A stretch of 64,000 nucleotides of DNA from Ancylonema sp. (taxonomy: Eukaryota). Below are positions 24,497-38,160 of this stretch, piece after piece. The stretch is from NCBI GenBank assembly GCA_050230475.1, contig JBFLGF010000155.1:1-64000 (forward strand), read 5' to 3'. Made by a program: the position numbers and the translations under genes. Numbering within the stretch: position 1 is the first letter of the stretch; every line of letters begins with the position of its first letter. Below the pieces are notes generated by a model. It was given only the letters and a program-made list of their open reading frames with translations. It did not search any database and was not told the DNA's origin.

Positions 24497-27307
24497 TCAG
24501 ATCTCTATTGCACTGCCCATCGTCATCTTCTTTAACACAAAGTTTGAGTTAAGCAGGAGCTTTTTCCTTTGCATGTGCGAGCACAGTATGTACACACTGT
24601 CCCCAGCCGCCATCCTCCTGTAATACTCCTCTATCGTTACGCTTCTATTGCCCCTATCGTAATATTGGCTGTGCCTATCGTGTACGCTTGCATTTCTGTG
24701 ACACTCTATGTACCGCTGGTCCGTGATCACCTTGTCTTTTTGGGTCTCAATTCCCTTCATTCGCATCTTTATGGCTACCTCTTTGCCGTCCCTTAACACA
24801 TAGTTGACGTACACCTTTTTGTTGATATATATCCCGAACGGGCCGACATCCTCTTCTTGTGTCAGCTTATGTAGCTCTTCTTTGAACTGGCCAAAGGCAT
24901 TGCCGAATAGTTCAGGCCGTTCAGCCTTTACCCTGTCATATTCGGCCTTGCTGGTGAACAGGGAATCTGTGTCCATGCCATACCTATCGTTGAACAGCGT
25001 TATTAACTCGTACATCATAGACCTTGCGTAAGAGTATATCAGCACACCCCACACACTGGGCATCTTGTTATCAACATCCGATCTAGTGCCATGGCCTATC
25101 CAGTAATGTTGCTCTGACACAGGTTCAATTGTGTATCCTGGTATCACGTTGCTAATAAACTTTAAGGCGTCCGTGCTGCTGCATATTAGAGAGGTCAAAT
25201 TCTTGTGCAGTCTCTGTATCAGCTTGCCGCTCAGGCCGTTCATGCCTAGCTTGCACATGTTCCTAAGCGCTATGTTGTTGTCACCGCCAGCATCTATCCT
25301 GAGTTTCGTGTCTATCATAGGTTGCAGAAACTCACGGAATATCTCTTTCGACGATTCTTCCCAATAGAAGCCATTAGACACGCGGACATCGGCCCCGTAC
25401 TTGAGTAGCAGCAAGATGTCTACTGATGTCGCTATTATCTTTATTTCACCCGCGTAGTCCCAGTCTAGGGACAGGTCCGCTTCTCTTATAGGTAGTATGT
25501 TGGGCGAAGGCTGTTCCATCACGGTCACTTGGTACACACCTATGCGCCCGGGCACGGATATTGGTGTGGCTACAGGCTGCCCGATAGGGAACGCTTGTGA
25601 GCACAGCAAGTACGGGTACTCGCTTGTCATGTCAAGGCAGACTACATCTCTGTCAGCCACGACTTTCCCTAATTCAAATACCTGCGCACGCCCGCCTATC
25701 ACAGCCGAGCGTATCATAGCGTCGATGGCTACGTTTTTTACCACCGGCTGCTCTGTATCGTTGTGCAGGCAGAAATGTTTGTACATCATAGAAGACAGGG
25801 TGATGTGGCTCTCGATCTTGGCGCCTAGCATTTCATTTATGGCTTTTTTGACCTTGAAGAAAAGCTCGCCTGTGCACTCAGCATCTGTTTTGACGTAGGC
25901 CTCTATCTCTGCCCTGTGCTCTTGCAGGTGTGTCTGAAGCTTATTGTTAAGACGGGCATCCTGTGTTTTTTCATGATCAAGTTCCCTCTTCTGAAACTCA
26001 CAGCCGAAAGACAGACAGGCATCTCGCAAATTGGTCTGCACAAACCTTTGCACGTCCCGCACTATAAACCCCATGAGGTTCATGTTTATTATGTGCTGTC
26101 CGCGAATATACATACACAGCGTTGGATTTTTATCAACGCACAAAGCCTGTTTCAATAGTATGTGGTTATCAAACCTAGAATTGTTGAAGCCAACCAGATA
26201 CCTTTTGCGCTTCTAACACACTCTCTCTTGTCAGATAATCTATTATGTTGTGACGGGTCCTCTCAAATTTTATTGTGGTACAAACAAGCATTTTGCTTGT
26301 GCCATTTGCTGACAGCCCACGCGTAAGGGGGGGGTTACATTGCCATGGTGATCATAGGTAGTCTCATGATCAAAAAAATAATACAGGATGTTGTCATCCT
26401 CATCATCATCTTCCGTGAGCCCCTTGCCGGTCAGGTTGTAGGATACCTCCGCGTCTGTGAGCTTGTTCCTGTGGCCTACTAGCTCACCGGTGATCATGCA
26501 GTAGCAGCTTTCAGGCTTAAAAGCCTTAAGGATGACGCTGTAGTGTTTATCGTGGTACAGCAGCTTGTAATCAGAGTTGTCATCCCCGCACAACAGAGAT
26601 GGGCTGCATTCCATGACACGCAGTTCTGTGCCCCACTGGTTGGTATCGGTTTCTACCCTAGTAAACGCAACGTTGTACCTGTCCTCGTACACACCTACCT
26701 CGATGCCGTACATGGCTGCGATCTCATTGACATCGCGCATTCCCTGGACAGCCGTGATTGGCACTCGATTTCCCGACAGATACTCTAGGCACTTGTACAG
26801 GCATTCACCATCGGAACGGTGGCTTAGGACCCGATAGCACAGCGTATGTTTCACAGCCGCCTCGCCAGCACCCCCTTCCGTGTCCCTAGTAACTATGCGG
26901 AACCAGCTAGTATATATGTGCGAAAGCCTTAGCACAGTAGAAAAAGTGTCTGAGCCAAGAGAGTCGTGATCCCCTATCTCAAGGCTGTCGATGACAGCAT
27001 CTAAGTCGTCTAGGGACGGTGTGGGCAGACTAAGGTTTGTCACCGACCCGTTTCCCCAGATGACCCTGAACACTACGTTGACGATATCAACGAGCTCGTG
27101 CTGAATATCATGAACAGCGCGGCGCACAACCTCTAAGAACTCTCTGCGTGACAGATTGTCTGTGAAGTCGTCGCCTTCGTAAATATTGGCAATAAAGCCG
27201 CCGTAGTATGGGAAGCCATTACGCGTGAAACGGCTAGAATGGTCGCGGATAAAAAAACGAAGGGCGCGGTTTATGAACCTTTGGTACGGTGTAGGCAGAC
27301 AAGTCAT
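24497..27307 (-). pseudogene. Protein-primed family B DNA polymerase polyprotein (putative terminal protein + OTU-like protease + exonuclease + polymerase), disrupted at ~26195-26335
   Basis: ExoI FFDHET, ExoII LVGFNNSRFDNH, ExoIII YVKTD; IRSAVIGGR, DMTSEYPY (motif A), KLGMNGLSGK (B), YGMDTDSLF (C), KKVY, MKGI. ORFs 26270-27346 and 24497-26155 join across 2-3 lesions, including a G8 run at 26327-26334. Confidence 0.9.
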
Positions 27308-27644
27308 GATTGGCCTAAAAGGTATACAGGGCACACAATGATTCAATAATTGTTGATTCTTTTAAAATTATACACACACCGAACAACAGTGAAACCAATA
27401 ATCCTGACTTGGAGCATTACAGCAAAGTACACGCAACAACTAAGCAGTTGTCACTAGGGGTCGCATATAAACCTTCCTCTAATCATCATAAATTACCATT
27501 TTTCCATATCCTATATAATTTTATCAAAGATAATTGTTTTTCCGGTAAAAATTAATTTTATCTTCGCCTTACGGAGCCCAAGAACGAGTTATTGGGCTAA
27601 TTTCATCAAAGATAATTTCATCCGTGAGGTTGAAACTATTTAAC

Positions 27645-28336
27645 AATAATTGTCCTTTCCCGATTTACAACTTTTTCCGCTGTCTTCACGAAAATCATAA
27701 AAAAAAAACAAAACCACCTTAAATAACCATTAAAATCGTAAACAGAGATGGGAGGGAGGAAAAGACCTTATAAAAAGGAGTAAATAGAGGAGGGAGGGTA
27801 AAGAAACACAAGAACAAATCACCTAAAAAAAGAAAAATCTCGATGGGAGGGAATAAAGAAACACAAGAAAAAATCACCTAAAAAGAAAATCTCCGATGGG
27901 AGGGAATAAAAAACCACCTTAAATAATCTAAAAAAAAAAAAAAATCGTAAACAGAGATGGGAGGGAGGGAAAGACCTTATAAAAAGGAGTAAATCGAGGA
28001 GGGAGGGGAAAGGAACACACGAAAAATCACCCTAAAAAAAGCAAATCGAGATGGGTGGGTTATAATTGTCCTTTCCCGATTTACAACTTTTTCCGCTGTC
28101 TTCACGAAAATCATAAAAAACAAAACAAAACCACCTTAAATAACCTTTAAAATCGTAAAAGAGATGGGAGGGAGGAAAAGACCTTATAAAAAGGAGTAAA
28201 TAGAGGAGGGAGGGTAAAGAAACACAAGAACAAATCACCTAAAAAAAGAAAAATCTCGATGGGAGGGAATAAAGAAACACAAGAAAAAATCACCTAAAAA
28301 GAAAATCTCCGATGGGAGGGAATAAAAAACCACCTT
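27645..28336 (-). repeat. Right tandem array (same ~415-bp unit, inverted, ~1.7 copies)
   Basis: Reverse complement of the left array: aattgtcctttcccgatttacaac at ~27648 and ~28064 versus gttgtaaatcgggaaaggacaatt at ~23725. Confidence 0.92.
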
Positions 28337-31300
28337 TCATGATGAAGTCATCCAAGGGCCTCAAGATACGCGTGCAGCTTTCTCAGATGCTTGTGCACAG
28401 TATGATTGAAGAGGATTTTTCACTCGCAACAATAGAGTAAAATAATATATTCTTGGTTGGTATCCAACCCTCACGGATACAATACCTTGCGGAGCAAATT
28501 ATCTCCCCCCCCTCCGCGGGTGTTATTGTCGTCAGCAGAGTTAAGGATTGTTGCTCGATTGTTTTAGGATTGGGGTTGTTTTCCTTCTTCTGTTCCTTTA
28601 GGTTGGTACGATAACGTTGGTGTTGTACTAAGATGGGGTTCCCATCGTGCTTGAATAAAATGCGTCTTTCTCTTTTGCAACCGTGTGCATTTTGCAAACG
28701 TCCGCAAATTTATTCCTAGATAGGCCCGTTCCCGGATAAGCCGTAAACCCATTATATCCGGCGGACTCTCTATTTTGTCGTACCCCCATTTTGTCCCCGT
28801 CTGTTTGTTGTGTTCCCGTTTTTGTCATCATTTCATTTCCCCCATTTTTTCCTTGTTCCCGTCGTTTTGTCATGTAGCACGTCTCTATTATGTCGTGTCT
28901 TCCGTTCCACCATGGTATCTTGGCCCGTAGCCCGTCTCCCGTTCCATCATAGATTCTGTTTGTAGTGTGTGAGACAGAATCTTTAAGTTTTCTTAAATAT
29001 CTAGCATCTGACGGGTGAGCGTCGTTCACGACCGTGTCCCATCCCCCGATGCCGTCGATGAATCCCCTATTGTCAGTAGATTCTCTACACATTCACGACC
29101 GAATCTGCCTGTTTTTTTTTTTAAATCCGGAGTCATTAGTACGGACATGTACGGACATGTACGGACCATAAGGACGCAAACGTTTGCAAACGCAAACGTT
29201 TGCAAGCGCAAACGTTTGCATCCGTACAGTCCGTACCCGTTTGACGCATTTCACGTCCGTATTCCGGACGTTTGCGGGCAAATCCGTACGCCGTTTGCAT
29301 TTGCCAGGGCCGGCAGATTGCCCTCGGCCCCGTCCGGAAAACGTGCCGTACAGAAAACGGGCCCCGGCTCGGTGCATCACTGGTCTCAACTGATAGAAAT
29401 AGAGAATGGGTGACTACAACTATATGTAACTTATTAGTGGACTTCGCAAGAGTTAATTCTCATTGAAGAGTGAGATGCACTTAACGAGACACGTTGGGAG
29501 GTCTGATAAAAACAATTTATGGTTAATCAAGTAGCGCAGATGTTTAGATTTGCAACACGCGACAACTAGGCAAAAGACTGCAGGGCAAATAGCCGATAAA
29601 ATTCTACAGATGGTTGTAGGAAATTGAATAAAACTTCACGTTACGCAAATCGGGATAATTAACATTGGACAATGAATAGACGACTACTCAAAAACTAACT
29701 CAAATAGCGCTGCAATTCAATGAAAATAAGTTGCATGCAAATATACGCGGAACAACGCAATTTCAGTTCGTAACGGTATTTTTTACGTCAGCGAATCTGC
29801 GAGTAAAACAACTTGCCAGCGTGAGAGCGATAGCAAAGGTGAAACGAATTCTGGTCAAATGAAAATACAATCAACGTGTCAAACTAAACGTACGCAAAAT
29901 GTTTAGGATGCAGATAGTATGCAGGGAAGAGAAATTGCAAGGCAAATGCTCACGTGAGCGAAACGATGAACTGTTCGCGGAGTATACAGGATGCCAATGG
30001 CCGGAGGCGAGAATGAGGAACGCAAAAGAGATTTACATAGAGATTGCATAAAGATAAGAGTTGCAAAAAATATTGAAATTGTGAGAGCGTAAACTAATAG
30101 CGGAAGTTGGCACTTATGAAAGGAAATTTTCATTTTGAACAATCGACGCGGCGGTTCTAGAACTCGCTCGCGAAAAAATTAGAGATCGAAATCTGATCGA
30201 AGGGATGAGAATAAAAGTAATCAACTAGACTAAAGATAAGGTTCTATCAATCTAGGATATTCTGATAGCACGTGCGACATCTTAGCTACATGGATTGACT
30301 TGCTATTTTGACAGGCCAACTCGGCGCGCACTGAAATCAAATAATCTGATTGACGCGCTAGACAACGTGGACTTAACTTCTGGAAATTGCTATGCCGATG
30401 TTTCGTGGTGTACTCGATATATAAAAATGCTTAGATCTCACGTAACTTGTTGCAATCATTTTATAACAACAAAATCATTTATAACGATGAAAATCGACAA
30501 AGTTCGAAACATATGCCAAAAAGTAGTTTTCTTTCTAACGATCTCTTTCAGCATGACAAAGTCGGCCCTAGCCGACTCTAGAAACAATGTGGGACAACTC
30601 ACTCTGAATATACTTATTACACATCAAGTCTAGCTAAAGGCACAACTCCGGAGCTAAAGACACATTAGATTAGGGGCGAGGCGGCCGCTAGGGACACAAG
30701 AAGAGTCACTTTAAAGCATAGTAGCATCAAAACGCGTACGCGTTTTGCAAACGCAAAACGTCCAAACGTCAAAACGGCAATTTTAGACGTACGGACGCAA
30801 CACCACACGCTGGTCCAAACGCACCTATCCAAACGTCCGCACACTACCTTTTTTTTTTTTTTTTTTTTTTTTTCCCGGTTTTTTTTTCAATATATTTCCC
30901 ATTTTTTTTTTTTTTTTGTATTTTCCATTTCCGTAGCTTTTGCCATGAAAGTGAATATTTTCGAATTATTTCCCGATTCTTCTTTTCTTTTCTTTTCCAC
31001 ACAAAATAACATTAAAAAAAATCCTATATCGAGCGTATGTTGTACAAATATATTTACTTGAAAAGACAAATGTATTTTTTTGTACATGTGAACGATACTT
31101 TTTTTTGTTGAAATGAAAGACACTACTTGTGAACTTTCAAGTAAACACGTGCGGTAGAGAAAACATAGAAAACACACGAGTCCGTACGTGTTCATTGGTT
31201 TCTACACTTGGGAACTTAAAAATCCTGGCTTCACATCGATATTTCGCCGAAACTTCGTGTCTAAATTGGCCGAGCATAAAGTGACGCTTCCCAAATTACG

Positions 31301-32599
31301 ACTAATGGGGTTTCCGTCTGATTGACGAGATTTCGTCGGTAATTACGGGGCAAAATCCCAATTGCAATCTCACAACCCTTGGTGTACCCTTCTTATGCAT
31401 TGCACTTTAGGCCCTAATTCCTGCAATCACGAACCGAGTTGTCAGTCCCAGGTATGGAAAATAAGCCCCCGTATTGCTTTGTTGGGGGTTATTAACTTAA
31501 AAACCCCAAGTAGGGGTTGCACTTATATTGCTAAATTGCTATGATAGACATGATTTGGGGTTCCTTTGGCAGGTTTAAACACAATGGTGCCCATAAAAAA
31601 TTGTCGTTCCAACGGATAAATATGTTTCAAGCATAGTATCAAATTGATTCGACAAAACGGGACTCACCATGTTTGAAAGGGCCCATTCGCAACCACATTC
31701 ATTCTATCATGCATCATCATTTTGGTGAAGAAAAACGTTTTGCGTTCCCAACAACTATTTTGGCGTATGGTATATTTGGAAAACTTGGAGCGAGAATTCA
31801 TCAATTGGCGTCTCAAATATTGAAAAACTCCATAGTCGAAGTGACAAACAAAGAGAGAACGATTGGAGGCATCGCCGATTGCGTAGTCAAGTAATAAAGC
31901 GATACATCGCCGCATTTACTCTAAACATCGGCACGTATTTCCTATTTTACAAACACAAACGTGAATAATTGATGAAACATGAGAGTTTCGGTCATCAGAG
32001 CTTGAAGGGGAAAGTAGCGTGTCCAAGTAAACGGTCGTGCGAGGAAATTGATGGCATTGATTGAATTATCTATCAATGCCATTTATCCTCCCACCCGTTC
32101 GAGACTTTTGGGGAGGGGGGCGGAGGAAAAACGAGATGGTATTTCCTCCGACGAGCCTCGATTATAAGTTTCCCGGGCGACTGAATTACGTACGCCCCGA
32201 CGAGAGGTCACCAGCGCCAAGATATACTCTCTCGCAATTCATGGCACACATTACCCGATTGAGCATGACAAATTCGTGGTACGCCAAAATGTATTGTCCG
32301 ATGTCCACTCAAACTATCCGCAATGGCGGCGCGTTACTTGTGAGTGACAATTTTTGTTATTACGTTTCGGTCACAGGCCTCCAATTTTTTTTTTGTATTT
32401 TTCAACGGAGAGCGATTTAGGCCATGATTTGATGGTTGGGGGTGGGAAATGCCCCTAAATCGCCCCTAAATTCAAATTTATATGTAGGGTTTTTTCAGGG
32501 GTGCTTCCCATTTGTACCTTTATTATGATTTTGTAATTACGGTCTAATCACCCCTAGTTACTAAGAGGGTTTTTAGAACTAGCCATCCCTAGTCTGTCC

Positions 32600-33132
32600 C
32601 ATAGTTGGCTCCGCCCCGCCAATCCCTCCCCGCTTTCCGCCCCGGGCGGGCCCGCCCCAAGGCGGCGCCACGAGCGAAAAAAATTCCGCATGGGGCGGAG
32701 CTCTAGAGGTTTTTTTTGTTTTTAATAAAAGGATCCCAAGACCACGTAGATCATGTACATTTGTAAAAAAAACAAATCCAACTAGTATTCGAGATGTTAT
32801 AACACTAAGTACGCCTGCCATCTTTACCCGTGTAATATTATTTTGTACATCTCAAGTTTGGTTTTTTTACTTTTCATTTTTATCGCATTATACCACGCCA
32901 CGCTACGTAGTCGGACTCATGGGTGACATTAGATGGTGTCGGACGTGTAATGTATGGCGCACACCCTTCAAGAACAAAACCCATTGCGGCATATTTTTTT
33001 TTGTATTTTGGCCTATAAATTCGCCCCCCAAATTCCGCCCCGCTTTCGCCCCGAGCAAGCCGCCCCGGGCGATTTCGTCCCGAACGGCATCCCGGGCGAA
33101 AAAAAATCCCGCCCGGCGCGGGGCCAACTATG
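32600..33132. mobile_element. hAT-type MITE in the RuvBL1 promoter
   Basis: TIRs CATAGTTGGC(T)CCGC / GCGGGGCCAACTATG; 8-bp TSD GTCTGTCC at 32592-32599 and 33133-33140. A short relative lies at 7967-8079. Confidence 0.88.
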
Positions 33133-33292
33133 GTCTGTCCTTGCCAGCCTGCACTGTGGCGGCCATTGTCAGGAGTCAAGGAGTCGACGTTGGGAGAGCT
33201 GCAGATGAAGTCGACTTTCGGTCTCTCCTCGTGCCCAGGAAGACACATCACGACCTGTGGTTTCTATCGACACTGAAGAACCATTCCAAGCC

Positions 33293-35023
<1,731 letters not shown>

Positions 35024-35631
35024 CCTGCTGTATGGCGCTCCATGGACAGGGGTGTGGACCCCGATAAGGGAACATGGCCCTTGGTGAGCCCAAAGGCGCT
35101 GTGAAAGGACAGCCTGGAGACTACCTTGCGGGTCTGAACTTGGCTGTGGTTTATCGTGGGCATCCTTGTCGCAGTTTTTGTAGATGTGAAAGGTGGTTGC
35201 CTTGCTTGTCTACATGGCCTATGTCTGAAACACCTTTAGGGTGAAGCCTCCAATTTTGGCAATGGTGGGCGCAAAATGCTCCACCTTCCCTAGGTATATA
35301 AGTTGGTGTCACCATTTTGATCCTAAGGAGATGTTTGCTAACAATAGCTTTGTAGCACATTAGGCACTCTATAGTCGATTGTCGTTTTCCGCGGTATGGG
35401 TGAGTACACGTTGTGTTTGTCTCGAGTACACTCAATTGTAAGAATGACAACACTCCCGATTGTAAAATTTCACAAGGCTTTTGTTGTGCACTGCTGTGTG
35501 AAGGACATAATGAGTTCACTATTTGTCATTAATAATACCAGCCGTAAATTATATCTCCATGTAATAGGTGTTTGCCAACACCTATTACTGTATTGGCCAC
35601 ACATAATCACCCGGTTTTTTAAAATGAAATA

Positions 35632-35949
35632 CCGTACTGGCCATACATAATGACCCGGGTAACAAAAAAACACAATTAATCTTTGTACTGACCCACCAAC
35701 TTGACCCGGGCAATATACCGTAGTGGCGATATATAATGACCTGGCTTTAAAATCGAATTAATTTAGCCAAGAAACCACCACTTGACCCAACCCGCGCACC
35801 CAAAATAAAATTCCCCAAAATCCTGAAAAACATTTATTTTATGGTGGTCCACATTATAGAATGATACATTAAATAAAAAATAAAAAATAAAAGACCCCAC
35901 CCACCCTTTTCGTAATTAGTTGAGGGTCATTATGTGTGGCCAGTACGGG
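35632..35949. mobile_element. Tc1/pogo-like MITE related to family A ends
   Basis: ta|CCGTACTGGCCATACATAATGACCC ... GGGTCATTATGTGTGGCCAGTACGG(g)|ta. Confidence 0.7.
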
Positions 35950-38073
35950 TATATTTATTATCCCGTAACCCAAAAATATGACCCGGGTAAAAATAATTAT
36001 TACACTGTGACCCGGTTGGCAAAATGACCCACCCCAAAACAACACGTAATTTTCGCCGCATCAGTAACGTATTAATAAGATACTACAAATCTTGGGGGGG
36101 TAACTTTCGGCCGTCATTTTTTTTCTGATTTTCCGGGTTTTTGTATTTTTTGCATCACACCGATCACTTTAAAAATCCGTTCATTTTTCCTTTATCTCTA
36201 ATTTACCGTACGGGCAACTGGGCAACTTAAATGATTTTAAATTAATTATTGAAACCCGAAAGTAATCATTTAAATTAATTACTAAATGGTACAAAAAGGA
36301 TACTCAAAATCATTAATAAAACCCGTTTTAGGAATCATTTACGGGATATTCGGGGCCACCTGGATTCGACTCAATATGTGATGAAACGGGCTACACGACA
36401 AAGTAGGCACGTGCAAAAGGACACATTATTGGACGAGCGACATGTATGACGTCAGAAACTACGGACCGGGCCCTAAAGTCCCACGGTATGGGAAACACCA
36501 CCGATTCGACGCGCTAAACGACAAATTAAGACCAATCATAACAACAAAATTGTGGCCGGTCAAGATATCGCGACTAGAACGAGTGCTTGCCACGTGCACT
36601 TGTGACGTCAAAATGTACGGTAAATATGTAAGAATGACCCAGAGATAGACAAATCATTCGATTTTTAATTCCTAAACAAGGAAATCTTTTACGTACGCTG
36701 TTTATTCCTACAATCCGGAATCATCCCCAAACATATTGATAATAACTAACGGATTCATGGAATCATTACCAGAAATCATCGATAGTAACTAACGGAATCC
36801 CGGGATTTTGAGAAATCATTACGAAAACAATTAATTTTGGAAAAACAGAAATCATTTAGGGTGCCCAGTACGGTATTCGCCGTTCATCCGTTGACTTTAC
36901 AACAAAATGCCCGTTCACTTTCCTTAATCTCGTATTATTCGCCGTTCATCCGTTCAATTTACACTGAAAATTCCGTTCAATTTCCTTTATCTCAAAATTA
37001 TTCGCCGTTCATCCGTTCACTTTACACCACAAAAAAACACTTTCCTTAATCTCATATTATTCGCCGTTCACTTGTTCGCTTTAAAGGGAAAATCTAGTTT
37101 ACTTACCTTTATCTCAAATTTCTTCGCCGTTCATCCGACCACTTCACACTAAAGATCCCGTTCACTTTCCTTCATCTCAATTTTTTTCGCCGTTCATGCG
37201 TTCACTTTACACTAAATTTTTTGTTTACTTTTATTCAACTCAATTTCGTTCGCCAATCATCCGTTCACTTTACACCCTGAAACCCCCTCATTTTTATTTG
37301 ATCTCATTTTGTTTCGCCATTCATCCGTTCTCTTTACACTAGAAAATCCGTTTCCTTTTTCTTTATCTCAAACATATTTGCCGTGCATCCGTTCACTTTA
37401 CGCTGAAAATTCTGTTCACTTTCTCCTTTATTTAAAATTTATTCGCCGTTCATCCGTTCACTTTACACCAGGAAATCTGTTCATTTTCCTTTATCTCAAA
37501 TGTATTCGCCGAGCATCCGTTCACTTTACACTGAAAACTCCGTTCACTTTCCTATATCTCAAATTTATTTGCCGATCATCCGTCCACTTTCGTGCCAAAA
37601 AGCATTATCACGGTGCGGTGCGTTGTCGGCTCTAGATTGCGGCCCTCCGGAATGCAGTAGACTTTGAGCCTCGAACACATACTCTTAGTTCACAATTGTA
37701 TTTTCAGACTTTGTCGCTGATTGTCATGAAAAGATGTCCGTTATACAAATATATTATGAGAGATCCCAAATAGATACAGGCGAGTGCTTTGAAAGTAGCA
37801 AGTGAGTGTGTGGTGACATCCGCATGCTTTCGGTTTTTCGATTTCCCCACACTTTTCGGGATTTTGAGAGGTGTACTACGGTTCAAAAATTCTGGAAAGT
37901 CTATAGTGTTTATCATGTTGGCTTGTGTATGGTGCAGAAGTATAAGAAAAGGGAAGACCTTCATTATTCCCCGACATGTTCATCCCCCCCCCTAAATTTG
38001 TGAAAAGGAAACGAATGACGATCGATTAGGCCGCTACCGGACCACGATTGATCTTGGGCGACCGGGATCCAAC
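35950..38073 (-). mobile_element. Family A element, inverted, with 60-bp tandem array at ~36875-37590
   Basis: Reverse-complement match to 12715-13990 and 46955-48090. Confidence 0.7.
36206..36873. mobile_element. TA-targeting MITE nested in the tandem array
   Basis: ta|CCGTAC..TGGGCAACTTAAATGATTT ... AAATCATTTAGGGTGCCCAGTACGG|ta. Confidence 0.75.
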
Positions 38074-38160
38074 CTGTCGTAATGTATAGGCTCGTGTCCT
38101 TGTAGTGCGTGCCAGGCACTGTTATAAAGGAACGGGTGTGTATATTCGGTCTAGCGGACC

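Larger units (their letters stand above)
23252..29382. mobile_element. hAT-superfamily DNA transposon (no intact transposase) enclosing a pPolB cassette
   Basis: TIRs CAGGGATGCACCG / CGGTGCATCACTG (12/13 match; Ac-like CAGGGATG start). Perfect 8-bp TSD GTCTCAAC at 23244-23251 and 29383-29390. Subterminal repeats (tgcaaacg, cgtacgg) at both ends. Confidence 0.9.
22988..30558 (-). mobile_element. Solo LTR (family X, inverted) with 4-bp TSD, hosting the hAT element
   Basis: TGACGTGCC...GCATGACA, the reverse complement of the 20460-21651 termini. AAGT at 22984-22987 and 30559-30562. Removing it rejoins the Gypsy LTR (gatataggaAAGTcggccctagccgac). Confidence 0.78.
15481..30700 (-). mobile_element. 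Ty3/Gypsy chromovirus-like LTR retrotransposon, degenerate, with nested insertions
   Basis: 3' LTR 15481-15905 (TGTTAGG...CCTAACA) with adjacent PPT (ccccccctca on +). pol, protease and gag remnants are on the minus strand. A diverged 5' LTR is split into 22787-22987 and 30563-30700; it could instead belong to a related copy. Confidence 0.8.

Noticed and set aside
24497..27346. Host replicative polymerase or mitochondrial-plasmid NUMT
   Set aside because: The gene is intronless with protein-primed-type motifs, an OTU-like module, balanced GC and no RNA polymerase or organellar flanks. A phylogeny is still needed to exclude this fully.
31660..32420. Short ORFs possibly from a transposase
   Set aside because: No recognisable motif or clear termini.
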